DNA of 64,000 nucleotides from an uncultured Eubacteriales bacterium (GTDB lineage Bacteria; Bacillota; Clostridia; Oscillospirales; JAKOTC01): positions 45,816 through 109,815 of the forward strand of contig CAZPLU010000002.1 of NCBI GenBank assembly GCA_964587625.1. Reading direction: 5' to 3'. The translations under genes and the position numbers were made by a program. Shown here piece after piece: positions 1 to 8,588 of this stretch; position 1 is the first letter of the stretch; the number at the start of each line of letters is the position of its first letter. Under the pieces are notes generated by a model. The model worked only from the letters and a program-made list of their open reading frames with translations. It had not been told where the DNA came from and ran no database searches.

Positions 1-585
1 GACGGCATCAGAGCCGATCAAAACGGCGTCCGATTTACCATCCATTATCCCGGCGGATCATTCGAGGCGCGCACCAAGTTATTGGGGCGTCATAATGTCG
101 TCAACATCCTTGCCGCGGTTGCCGTCTGCGCCGAATTCGGCGTCGACCCCAAAAAGACCGCCGGAGCCATCGCCAAGCTCGAACCGATCCCCCACCGGCT
201 CGAAATGCATAAAAACCCGTTCGGCCTGACCGTCATCGACGACGCCTACAACTCCAACCCCGCGGGGGCGGCGGCCGCGCTGGAGGCGCTGTCGTGGTTT
301 GACGGCATGAAGATCGCGGTCACGCCCGGCATGGTCGAGCTCGGCGCGAAAGAGGAAGCGGAAAACCGTCGGCTCGGCGAAAACGCCGCAAGGGTTTGCG
401 ACTTGCTGATCTTGGTCGGCGGCAAGCGCACGGACGCCATTCATGACGGCGCAATTTCGGCGGGGCTTGACGGGGATAAAATCATTAGGGTCGGGACATT
501 CGGGGAGGCCAAAGAGATATTCAACCGGTATGCGTCGCAAAACGCGGTCGTCTTATTGGAAAACGACCTGCCCGACAATTATTGA
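1..585 (+). CDS. murF: UDP-N-acetylmuramoyl-tripeptide--D-alanyl-D-alanine ligase, C-terminal part (5' end lies outside the window)
   Basis: Frame is open from base 1. The translation (...GRHNVVNILAAVAV...VIDDAYNSNPAGAAAALEAL...TPGMVELG...) reads like a Mur ligase C-terminal domain. ddl follows directly, as in many Firmicutes. Confidence 0.85.
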   Translation, partial: DGIRADQNGVRFTIHYPGGSFEARTKLLGRHNVVNILAAVAVCAEFGVDPKKTAGAIAKLEPIPHRLEMHKNPFGLTVIDDAYNSNPAGAAAALEALSWFDGMKIAVTPGMVELGAKEEAENRRLGENAARVCDLLILVGGKRTDAIHDGAISAGLDGDKIIRVGTFGEAKEIFNRYASQNAVVLLENDLPDNY

Positions 586-603
586 GTTCGGAGGTACTTG
601 TCA

Positions 604-1761
604 ATGAAAATCAATCTCTGCGTCATCATGGGCGGAAAAAGCGTCGAACACGAGATTTCGATCATCACCGCCGTCCAAGCCATCAATTCGCTCGACAAAG
701 AAAAATACAGGATCATCCCCCTCTATATCACCAAAAAAAGCGAGTTGTACACCTCGCCCGCGATGTGTGACATCGACAGTTTTAACGATATCCCCGCCCT
801 GCTGCGAAAATCGGAGCGGGTGGCTTTTGTGCGCAGGGGCGGCACGGTCTATTTGGAAGGTGAAAAAAAGGGATTGAAAAAGCCGTTTGGCATCCATATC
901 GACGTCGCGTTCCCGATCGTTCACGGCACCAACGCCGAGGACGGGACGCTGGCGGGCTTTTTGAACCTGCTCGACCTGCCTTACTGCGGGTGCGATATGC
1001 TCTCGGCGGCCAACAGCATGGATAAACTGACGACCAAGGATATTTTGAGGGCAAAAGGCATCCCGGTGCTGTATGCGACCGATTTTTACGCCGACCGATG
1101 GGCTTCGGAGCGCGAGGGCGTCCTCGATTTGATCGAAAAGAACCACCGCTACCCGATCATCGTCAAACCGGTCAATCTCGGCTCGAGCGTCGGCGTGTAT
1201 AAAGTCAAGACCCGCGGCGATCTGGCGGCCGCCATCGATGACTGTCTGCTGCTGTGCAGCCGGGTGATGATCGAAAACGCGGTCGAGAACCTGCGCGAGG
1301 TCAACTGCTCGGTGCTCGGCGACGTCTACGAGGCCGCCGCAAGCCCCTGTGAGGAACCGGTCGGCGCGGATGCGATCTTGTCCTACGGCGACAAATATAT
1401 GAGCGGGCAAAAAGGCATGGGCGGGCAGAGCCGGAAATTGCCCGCCGACCTCCCCGAGGGACAGACCGAGGCGATTCAAAAATACGCCGTCGAGGCCTTT
1501 CAAGCGCTCGGTTGCGGCGGCGTGGCGCGCATTGACTTTTTGACCGACGCCGAAACCGGCGAGATCTATGTCAACGAGCTCAACACCATCCCCGGCTCGC
1601 TGTCGTTTTACCTCTGGGAGGCGGCCGGGATGGAATATCGCGAACTTTTGGATAAAATAATCGCGTTGGCGTTCAAGCGGGATCGCGAACGTAAAAACTT
1701 GAATTTTTCGTTTGACACCGACATCCTGTCGGGCTTTTCGTTCGGCGGGCTGAAAAAATAA
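604..1761 (+). CDS. ddl: D-alanine--D-alanine ligase
   Basis: MKINLCVIMGGKSVEHEISIITA... N-terminus and ATP-grasp body (IVKPVNLGSSVGV, ARIDFL, VNELNTIPG). GGAGG lies 9 nt upstream of ATG 604. The ORF-track start at 598 is a TTG two codons upstream. Confidence 0.9.
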   Translation: MKINLCVIMGGKSVEHEISIITAVQAINSLDKEKYRIIPLYITKKSELYTSPAMCDIDSFNDIPALLRKSERVAFVRRGGTVYLEGEKKGLKKPFGIHIDVAFPIVHGTNAEDGTLAGFLNLLDLPYCGCDMLSAANSMDKLTTKDILRAKGIPVLYATDFYADRWASEREGVLDLIEKNHRYPIIVKPVNLGSSVGVYKVKTRGDLAAAIDDCLLLCSRVMIENAVENLREVNCSVLGDVYEAAASPCEEPVGADAILSYGDKYMSGQKGMGGQSRKLPADLPEGQTEAIQKYAVEAFQALGCGGVARIDFLTDAETGEIYVNELNTIPGSLSFYLWEAAGMEYRELLDKIIALAFKRDRERKNLNFSFDTDILSGFSFGGLKK

Positions 1762-1898
1762 CAACGGCTTGGTGATAAAATCACAAAAACTTCACCGATT
1801 ATATAATATAATTAATCTATACTGAAATGGTATCTTTTTCGTGTGATCCCTTTATACGCAAAAGCGAACACGGTTCAATCTCAGAAAGGACGGTTATC

Positions 1899-2141
1899 AT
1901 GATGGCAAAAACAACATTAAAAATCGGCGGAATGGCTTGCGCGGCCTGCAGCGCCGCCTGTGAGCGCTCGCTCAAACGCAAAAAAGGCGTGATCAGCGCA
2001 AATGTCAACGCCGCGACCGGAAAAGGCGCGGTGGAATATGACCCCGCGGTCTGCACCATGACCGATTTGATCGACGCGGTCGAATCCGCCGGGTACACGG
2101 TTGAAAAATCAGACGAGGAGAAACCGGACGGCTTTGCCTGA
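1899..2141 (+). CDS. Heavy-metal-associated (HMA) domain protein, i.e. the N-terminal metal-binding domain of CopA, ended by an in-frame UGA
   Basis: MMAKTTLKIGGMACAACSAACERSLKRKKGVISANVN... carries the GMxCxxC HMA motif. GAAAGGA RBS precedes ATG 1899. The stop TGA at 2139-2141 is in the same frame as the ATPase ORF that follows. Confidence 0.8.
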   Translation: MMAKTTLKIGGMACAACSAACERSLKRKKGVISANVNAATGKGAVEYDPAVCTMTDLIDAVESAGYTVEKSDEEKPDGFA

Positions 2142-2177
2142 AGGAAATTTATTTTTGCGGCGGTCTTCGCGCTGCCG

Positions 2178-4118
2178 TTGCTTTATATTGCCATGGCGCC
2201 GATGATATCAAACAAGCTTCCGGCGATTTCTCCGACGGCAAATCCCGTGCTTTTCAGCGTTGTGCAGTTTTTATTGTGCGTCCCGGTGCTGGTCGCGGGC
2301 GGGCGGTTTTTCACCGCCGGTATCTCGGCGGCCTTTCGCGGCGCACCCACCATGGATACCTTGGTCGCGGTCGGCAGCGGCGCGGCGGTCATCTACAGCG
2401 TCATCAACACCATCAAAGTTTTTGCGGGCGATCAACACGCGGTTCACGGATTATACTTCGAGTCGGCGGCTATCATAATCACGCTGGTGATGTTGGGCAA
2501 AACGCTTGAGGGCTCCGCCAAACGGCGCACCGGGCAAGCGGTTGAAAAACTGATCAAGCTCGCTCCCAAAACCGCCACGCTGTTTGTTGACGGCGAACAA
2601 AAAACCGTCGCCGTCTCGGAGATTCAAATCGGCGATCATATTTTGGTCAAGCCGGGCGAATCGTTTCCGGTCGACGGCGACGTGACCGGCGGCGACTCCC
2701 GCGTCGACGAGAGCATGTTGACCGGGGAGAGCGTTCCGGTGAAAAAAAGCGCCGGCGACCGCGTGTTCGCGGGCACGCTCAACCAAAACGGCAATTTGGT
2801 TTATGCCGCAAAGGGCGTCGGCGCGGACACCGTGCTCTCGAAGATCGTCGCCGCCGTCGAAAACGCCCAGAACACCAAACCGCGGCTTGCCAAACTCGCC
2901 GACAAGGTGGCCGGTGTTTTTGTACCCGTTGTGTTCGGCATCGCCGTTTTGTCGGCTGTCGCCTGGGCGGTTGCGGGCAAGGACTTCGAATTTTATCTCA
3001 ATATCTTCATCACCGTACTCGTTATCGCCTGCCCCTGCGCGCTCGGACTCGCCACGCCGATCTCGGTGGTCGTCGGAACCGGTCTCGGGGCGTCGCGCGG
3101 CATTTTATTCAAAGACGCGCAGGCGCTTGAAACCCTCTCCGGCGTGGACACGGTGGTCTTTGACAAAACCGGTACGCTGACCGTCGGAAAACCCGAGCTG
3201 ACCGATGTATTTGAATTTGACGCCGACCGAGCGCACATCCTGACATTGGCGGCTTCGCTCGAAGCCCTTTCGGAACACCCGCTGGCGACCGCAATCACCT
3301 CCCATGCCAAAAACAACAATGTTCCGCTGCTGCCCGCCGAGCGCTTTGAAGCGGTTTCGGGCATGGGCGCAAAAGCCGTGATTGACGGAAAACACATCGC
3401 CGCCGGGAACGCGGCTTTGATGGCGCTCGAACAGGTCGATTTCGCCAAAGCCGAAAAGCAGGCCGAAAAACTTTCCGCAGCTGCCCGGACGGTGGTTTAT
3501 CTGTCCGAGGACGGTCGGCTGATCGGCCTGTTCGGCATCAGCGATAAAGTCAAGCCCGACAGCGAAGCGGCAATTGCCCGCCTCGAAAAGGCGCATATCT
3601 CGACCGTGATGCTGACCGGAGACAGTGAGCACACCGCAAAAGCCATCGCAGACGAACTCGGTATTCATCAAATCATTGCCAAAGTCCTCCCGACAGAAAA
3701 GGCGGATAAAATCGCCCAACTTCAAGCCGAAGGTCGAAAAGTCGCCATGGTCGGCGACGGCATCAACGACGCGCCCGCTCTCGCGAAAGCCGAGGTCGGC
3801 ATCGCGGTCGGCAGCGGCAGCGACATCGCCATCGACGCAGCCGGTGTGGTGCTGGTCGGCAACAGCCCGCTCGGCGCCGCAGATGCGATTAAGCTCAGCC
3901 ATGCCACCGTGCGCAAGATCAGACAAAATCTGTTCTGGGCGTTTATTTATAATATTTTGGGCATTCCGGTTGCGGCGGGGTTGCTGTATTTGATCGACGG
4001 CAGCACGCTGCTCAGCCCGATGATCGCCGCGGCGGCAATGTCTCTTTCCTCGGTCAGTGTGGTCATAAACGCCCTGTTTTTACGCCGGACGCGGTTGGGC
4101 GCCTCTGACGCTGTGTGA
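2178..4118 (+). CDS. copA: Copper-translocating P1B-type ATPase, core (lacks its own metal-binding domain and a clear start)
   Basis: Motifs seen: [20 protein letters not shown] (CPC), [22 protein letters not shown]. The frame is continuous with the HMA ORF except for one TGA codon. The ORF-track start is a TTG inside the first TM helix. Confidence 0.85.
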   Translation: MLYIAMAPMISNKLPAISPTANPVLFSVVQFLLCVPVLVAGGRFFTAGISAAFRGAPTMDTLVAVGSGAAVIYSVINTIKVFAGDQHAVHGLYFESAAIIITLVMLGKTLEGSAKRRTGQAVEKLIKLAPKTATLFVDGEQKTVAVSEIQIGDHILVKPGESFPVDGDVTGGDSRVDESMLTGESVPVKKSAGDRVFAGTLNQNGNLVYAAKGVGADTVLSKIVAAVENAQNTKPRLAKLADKVAGVFVPVVFGIAVLSAVAWAVAGKDFEFYLNIFITVLVIACPCALGLATPISVVVGTGLGASRGILFKDAQALETLSGVDTVVFDKTGTLTVGKPELTDVFEFDADRAHILTLAASLEALSEHPLATAITSHAKNNNVPLLPAERFEAVSGMGAKAVIDGKHIAAGNAALMALEQVDFAKAEKQAEKLSAAARTVVYLSEDGRLIGLFGISDKVKPDSEAAIARLEKAHISTVMLTGDSEHTAKAIADELGIHQIIAKVLPTEKADKIAQLQAEGRKVAMVGDGINDAPALAKAEVGIAVGSGSDIAIDAAGVVLVGNSPLGAADAIKLSHATVRKIRQNLFWAFIYNILGIPVAAGLLYLIDGSTLLSPMIAAAAMSLSSVSVVINALFLRRTRLGASDAV

Positions 4119-4208
4119 CGCGGTCACATTCAAAGAGACCATTTTCGTTGTATACTCCATCCATATCCCGAAAGGGAACAAGTTTCATTGCGAAAGGAAG
4201 GCAATAAA

Positions 4209-4517
4209 ATGTCAGTCGTCACTTTAACAAAAGATAATTTCGTCGATGAGGTCCTCAACAGCCGAATTCCCGTTCTCGTCGATTTCTGGGCGCCGTGGTG
4301 CGGTCCGTGCCGCATGGTATCGCCGGTCGTCGACGAAATCGCGAAAGAGCATACCGACATCAAAGTCGGTAAAGTCAATGTGGACGATGAAGGAGAACTC
4401 GCCATGCAGTACCGCGTGATGAGCATCCCCACCCTGCTGGTCTTTAAAAGCGGCAAACTCACCGCTTCGTCGATCGGCGCAAAACCCAAAGCGGATATTC
4501 TCGCAATGCTCGCATAG
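4209..4517 (+). CDS. trxA: Thioredoxin
   Basis: About 100 aa with a WAPWCGPC active site. AGGAAGG RBS precedes ATG 4209. Confidence 0.9.
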   Translation: MSVVTLTKDNFVDEVLNSRIPVLVDFWAPWCGPCRMVSPVVDEIAKEHTDIKVGKVNVDDEGELAMQYRVMSIPTLLVFKSGKLTASSIGAKPKADILAMLA

Positions 4518-4590
4518 GCGATCGACTGTTCGCAACACCGGCTCCGCCCGCCGGTCTGTTCGGTGTACTACATAGCCGATGAGGTAACGC

Positions 4591-5292
4591 ATGCAATATT
4601 TGGTTTCATTTTTAGAGGGTATCATCACCTTCATCTCGCCGTGTATATTGCCGATGATTCCGGTCTATCTGCTGTATTTCACGGGCGGCAGCGCCGACGA
4701 TTACAAAGGAACGGTTCATAAAACCCATACAGTCGGCGCAAGGGTCTTTGTCAACGCGCTCGGATTTGTGCTCGGGTTTTCAATCGTCTTCGTCGCGTTA
4801 GGGGCATTGGCGTCGGTCATCGGCGGCCTGCTGTGGCGGTATAAAATCCTGATCAACATCATCACCGGCGCGGTCGTAGTCGTTTTCGGCCTGAATTTTA
4901 TCGGCGTTTTCACAATCGGTTTTTTAAACCGCAGTAAAAAAGTCGAAACCGCCGTCAAGCCGCTGGGGTTTTTTCCGGCTGTGTTGTTCGGGTTGATCTT
5001 CGCGGTCGGCTGGACGCCCTGTGTCGGCGCCTTTTTGGGTTCGGCGCTCGGGCTTGCGGCCAACACCGCAACCGTCGCCGAGGGCATCTTGCTGTTGCTG
5101 GTCTATTCGCTCGGACTCGGCGTTCCGTTTTTGCTGAGCGCCGTCCTGATCGACCGACTAAAAGGCGTCTTCGGCTTCATCAAAAAGCACTATCAAATTG
5201 TCAACATCGTCAGCGGTTCACTGCTTGTCGTCATGGGTATTTTGATGATGGCGGGTGTTACGGATCGCCTGATGGCGGCGTTTAATACATAA
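4591..5292 (+). CDS. ccdA: Cytochrome c biogenesis / thiol-disulfide electron transfer membrane protein, CcdA (DsbD) family
   Basis: Polytopic membrane protein with FISPCILPMIPVYL and a second WTPCVG Cys motif, typical of CcdA. Confidence 0.85.
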   Translation: MQYLVSFLEGIITFISPCILPMIPVYLLYFTGGSADDYKGTVHKTHTVGARVFVNALGFVLGFSIVFVALGALASVIGGLLWRYKILINIITGAVVVVFGLNFIGVFTIGFLNRSKKVETAVKPLGFFPAVLFGLIFAVGWTPCVGAFLGSALGLAANTATVAEGILLLLVYSLGLGVPFLLSAVLIDRLKGVFGFIKKHYQIVNIVSGSLLVVMGILMMAGVTDRLMAAFNT

Positions 5293-5314
5293 TGTGAAAG
5301 GATGGTTATAAAAA

Positions 5315-5872
5315 ATGAAACAATCCGCGAAAGTCCTCATTTGGGCGGCGGCCGTCGTTTTTGTGCTCGGCGGTGCATATATCGTCTATCGTCTATTGGG
5401 GAAAAATTACGCTCAAAACCAATCTTCGCAAATCGTATCTATCTCCAACTCTCAAGCGACATCCCCGGCTCCTGATTTTACCGTCTATGACGACGGCGGA
5501 AACAAGGTCACGTTGTCGTCGAAATTCGGCAAACCCATTGTGCTCAACTTTTGGGCGTCCTGGTGCGGTCCCTGCAAGGAGGAATTGCCCGATTTTGACA
5601 AGGTCTGCGCCGAGCTCGGCGCGAAGGTCGAATTTTTCATGGTCAACGTTGACAGCCCCGGCACCGAGGCCGACGTCAAGGCCTTTTTAGCGGAGAACGG
5701 CTACGATTTCCCGGTCTATTACGACACCGATTACGACGGCGTAACGGCCTACAACGTCTCGGGAATTCCGATCAGTTATTTTATCGACGCCGACGGAGAA
5801 ATCGCGGTCACCCAACGCGGAACCATCAGCGAAAAAACCCTACGCGACGGCATCACACAAATTACCGATTAA
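5315..5872 (+). CDS. Membrane-anchored thiol-disulfide oxidoreductase, TlpA/ResA family
   Basis: N-terminal TM anchor followed by a thioredoxin fold with FWASWCGPCKEELP. Confidence 0.85.
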   Translation: MKQSAKVLIWAAAVVFVLGGAYIVYRLLGKNYAQNQSSQIVSISNSQATSPAPDFTVYDDGGNKVTLSSKFGKPIVLNFWASWCGPCKEELPDFDKVCAELGAKVEFFMVNVDSPGTEADVKAFLAENGYDFPVYYDTDYDGVTAYNVSGIPISYFIDADGEIAVTQRGTISEKTLRDGITQITD

Positions 5873-5886
5873 AATGCGACAAATAC

Positions 5887-5919
5887 AACCCCCCACGCGG
5901 CAAGCCGCGCGGGGGGGTT
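5887..5919. terminator. GC-rich hairpin between convergent genes (possible bidirectional terminator)
   Basis: aaccccccacgcgg-caag-ccgcgcgggggggtt with one mismatch. It sits between the + gene ending at 5872 and the - gene ending at 5930. Confidence 0.6.
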
Positions 5920-5929
5920 ATTGTACGCC

Positions 5930-6721
5930 TTAAATCATAACGTCCCGATACCGGACGATATTGGTGACGACCTTTCGCAGCGTGCGCGCGTCGAGCCGTT
6001 CGACGCCGGGTCGGTCTGCTTTTTCGTCGCAAAAATCCGAGCGGTACAGTTCCAGTTTGATGTCCAGCGGCATGATCGGTCGATACGGCTTGAACTCGCC
6101 CGCGAACGCCCTTTCCGTCGCCTTTTTGGCCGCGTCATAAATACGCCGCTCGGCCACTTCGAGCGGCTCGAGTTTTGCCCGGTTGCGTCCGACGCCGTAT
6201 TTGACCACGGCGGTCTCGATGTCTCCGAGCAGCGCCTTGGCCTCGACGCAGGCGGCCTCGTCCCCCGCCAGCATGCAAAATGGGATGTTATAAGCGCCCG
6301 CAAGCAACGCAAGCTGTCCGGTCTCGCCCATTTTGCGCCCGTTGACATAGTAATTATACCATTGGCGCGAGTTCTGGGTGTGATCTAAAAAGCCGTTTTG
6401 AGTGCCCGCCATCGCGTGCGCGCCGACCTCCATAAACAAGTCGATCCCGCCGTTGATAATGATTTCATCCCATTTGAACCGATCCTCTGGCATCAGCGCG
6501 CGCTTGTCGATTTCCTCATAAACAAGACCGCCGCTGCCGTGTCCGTCAAACACCCAGATCTTGTCCGCGCCGCCGTCGAAACACCCGGCGATTGCCGCGT
6601 TCAAATCCGCCGTCAGCCGCTGTTTGGCATACCGGTGTCCCTCGGAGCCCTCCTCGCTGACCTGCTCAATCCGGTCGACGCCGCTCGCGCCCTCGAGATC
6701 GGTGATGATGTAAACCGTCAT
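5930..6721 (-). CDS. D-aminopeptidase, peptidase M55 (DppA) family
   Basis: MTVYIITDLEGASGV... VFDGHGSGG ... GAHAMAGT ... MLAGDEAACVEA resembles B. subtilis DppA-type M55 peptidases. Confidence 0.75.
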   Translation of the reverse strand: MTVYIITDLEGASGVDRIEQVSEEGSEGHRYAKQRLTADLNAAIAGCFDGGADKIWVFDGHGSGGLVYEEIDKRALMPEDRFKWDEIIINGGIDLFMEVGAHAMAGTQNGFLDHTQNSRQWYNYYVNGRKMGETGQLALLAGAYNIPFCMLAGDEAACVEAKALLGDIETAVVKYGVGRNRAKLEPLEVAERRIYDAAKKATERAFAGEFKPYRPIMPLDIKLELYRSDFCDEKADRPGVERLDARTLRKVVTNIVRYRDVMI

Positions 6722-7332
6722 AAATATTCCTCCGTCTTATTTAAAGTTTTTAAAATCAGTTCTTCGATGACTTCGACTGTGACGAATGTCGGCGGCTCCG
6801 GCGGCAAGGTTGCGTAATAATTATTCAGGGTGTATTTTAACCAGCGTCCGGCCAGTTCTGCGGAGACGCTTCCGATGCCTGTGGGGACGGTTTTTTCGAG
6901 CAGCGGTTTGATTTTTTCATTCCACCAAAACCCGTCCATCACCGTTCGGTCGAACCGGAAGCACTCGTCCCAGCCCGGCCTCATCCCGCTGTGTTCGGGA
7001 TAGGTCAGCGTTTTTGCGCGCTCCCAGATGCCGTCATGGAAAAACTCGTCGAAAGCGGCGTCGGCGATGCAGTGGACGCAATAGCCGAGCAGCAGGTCAT
7101 GGCCGTATTTTTTTCGGTTTTCGCAATAAAACCTGCCGACATTTTTATACCACGCGCGGGGCGTTTCGGCGCGTAGATGCGCTGCCCAGCGCACATTTTT
7201 CGGCGCAAAGCCGTCGATATTGACGCTGTCGGGCAAAATGCAGCCGAGATAAAACTCCCCCGCGCCTTTTACGCGGCTGTCGGCTTTGGCGATCCCCTCG
7301 CCGACCAGCAGATGCATCATGGTGGACGCCAA
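6718..7332 (-). CDS. Hypothetical protein (tentatively zinc-dependent phospholipase C-like)
   Basis: 204-aa ORF whose stop overlaps the downstream gene's start by 4 nt. His/Asp-rich pattern (MMHLLVG..., LPDSVN, HCIADAAFDEFFHD). The family assignment is tentative. Confidence 0.3.
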   Translation of the reverse strand: MASTMMHLLVGEGIAKADSRVKGAGEFYLGCILPDSVNIDGFAPKNVRWAAHLRAETPRAWYKNVGRFYCENRKKYGHDLLLGYCVHCIADAAFDEFFHDGIWERAKTLTYPEHSGMRPGWDECFRFDRTVMDGFWWNEKIKPLLEKTVPTGIGSVSAELAGRWLKYTLNNYYATLPPEPPTFVTVEVIEELILKTLNKTEEYL

Positions 7333-7583
7333 TCTTATAACCCCTTTCGCGCAGACGAAAAAATTTTATCCGTATTCGAAAAACGGACGGGATCCGCTTG
7401 ATCCATTGCGCGTCTTCTTTTTGACGCGAAAAAATAAAACCCTTGAATACGACAACTTGTCTTCATGCTCCCATCCTCTCTGTTCGTATTATATCAGGTA
7501 AACATGATTGCCGCAAGCGATCCGCCCGTCCGTTTCGGCGGAATATTCGTTTTAAAAAAATTGGAGGACGGGGCGTTTCGCCG

Positions 7584-7612
7584 TTGACAAATTCGGCAAA
7601 TAAATCTATTAT
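7584..7612 (+). promoter_or_regulatory. Sigma70-type promoter candidate
   Basis: TTGACA (7584-7589), 17-nt spacer, TATTAT (7607-7612), about 38 nt upstream of ATG 7650. Confidence 0.5.
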
Positions 7613-7649
7613 GAATGCACCACCCGCCGAAAGGACATCGATTTTCATT

Positions 7650-8573
7650 ATGAACACCGTCACGTTTTCGCTGTTTGCCGATCTGCACCACTACCCGGGC
7701 GTCTTTTTCAGCCGCACTCCCGAACACCTGTTCCAAATCCAGCAACGCGCCATGGATCAAAAATCCGATTTCATCCTCCACTTGGGCGATCTGACCCACC
7801 AGCCGCACCTTTGCGGGGACTTTATCGGCCTCTACGACAATTTTACGATCCCGAGCCATCACTGCCTTGGAAATCACGACACCGACGGAACCCCTTTCGA
7901 GGAAGCGCTGCGGTGTTATCATCTGGAAAAGGGCTATTATTGTTTCGACGTCAACGGCTTCCGTATGATCGTCCTCGATCCCAATTATCTTTATGAAAAC
8001 GGGGTCTACACCCATTATTCGCTCGGTAATTATTACGGCAAAAACGCGGTCTGCGAGTACATCCCGCCCGAGCAGCTGGGGTGGCTGCGCGAAGTCCTTT
8101 TATCGTCGCCGTACCCCTGCTGCCTGTTCTCCCACCAGAGTTTGGAACGCGAGGCGGACGGGGTAAAAAACCTCGCAGCCGTGCGGGGGCTGATCGCCGA
8201 AGCCAACCGCGTCCGACCGGGCGCGGTTCTGCTGGCCGCCAACGGGCATCTGCACCGCGACAACCTCCGCATCGTCGACAACGTCTGTTATCTGGACTTG
8301 AATTCCGCCTCGTTCGATTGGGTCGAAAAAGAACACAACTGCTATCCCGAAGAATTGAACCGGCAATACTCGCGCATGAACCACATCGTCGCCTACGAGG
8401 ACCCGATCCACGCCGTCGTCACCCTCTCCGGGGACGGCACGATCGCCATTGAGGGGATGGAGAGCCGGATGTTCATGGGCGTCACGCGCGAAATGACCGG
8501 CAACAAGCCCCTCGACGCGATGGGCCGCCCGGTCGTGCCCAGGGTCTCGAGCGCGAAAATACGGATTTTGTAA
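7650..8573 (+). CDS. Metallophosphoesterase (calcineurin-like)
   Basis: FADLHH, GDLTH, GNHD and ANGHLH motifs. GAAAGGA RBS precedes ATG 7650. The longer ORF-track N-terminus (from 7443) looks non-coding. Confidence 0.75.
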   Translation: MNTVTFSLFADLHHYPGVFFSRTPEHLFQIQQRAMDQKSDFILHLGDLTHQPHLCGDFIGLYDNFTIPSHHCLGNHDTDGTPFEEALRCYHLEKGYYCFDVNGFRMIVLDPNYLYENGVYTHYSLGNYYGKNAVCEYIPPEQLGWLREVLLSSPYPCCLFSHQSLEREADGVKNLAAVRGLIAEANRVRPGAVLLAANGHLHRDNLRIVDNVCYLDLNSASFDWVEKEHNCYPEELNRQYSRMNHIVAYEDPIHAVVTLSGDGTIAIEGMESRMFMGVTREMTGNKPLDAMGRPVVPRVSSAKIRIL

Positions 8574-8588
8574 AAAGGAAGGTCATAT

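Noticed and set aside
601-1764. Long antisense 'shadow' ORFs mirroring real genes (for example 601-1764 minus, 9558-10526 minus, 42636-43652 plus, 44039-45178 minus, 50231-51391 plus).
   Set aside because: They exactly overlap genes with clear family motifs on the other strand. They are Arg/Ala/Gly/Pro-rich, as expected for the reverse frames of high-G+C coding DNA, and show no recognisable motifs or RBS.
2139-2200. Selenocysteine insertion at the copA in-frame UGA.
   Set aside because: I could not find a convincing SECIS-like hairpin in the roughly 40 nt downstream of the UGA. The position is an interdomain linker where Sec has no obvious role.
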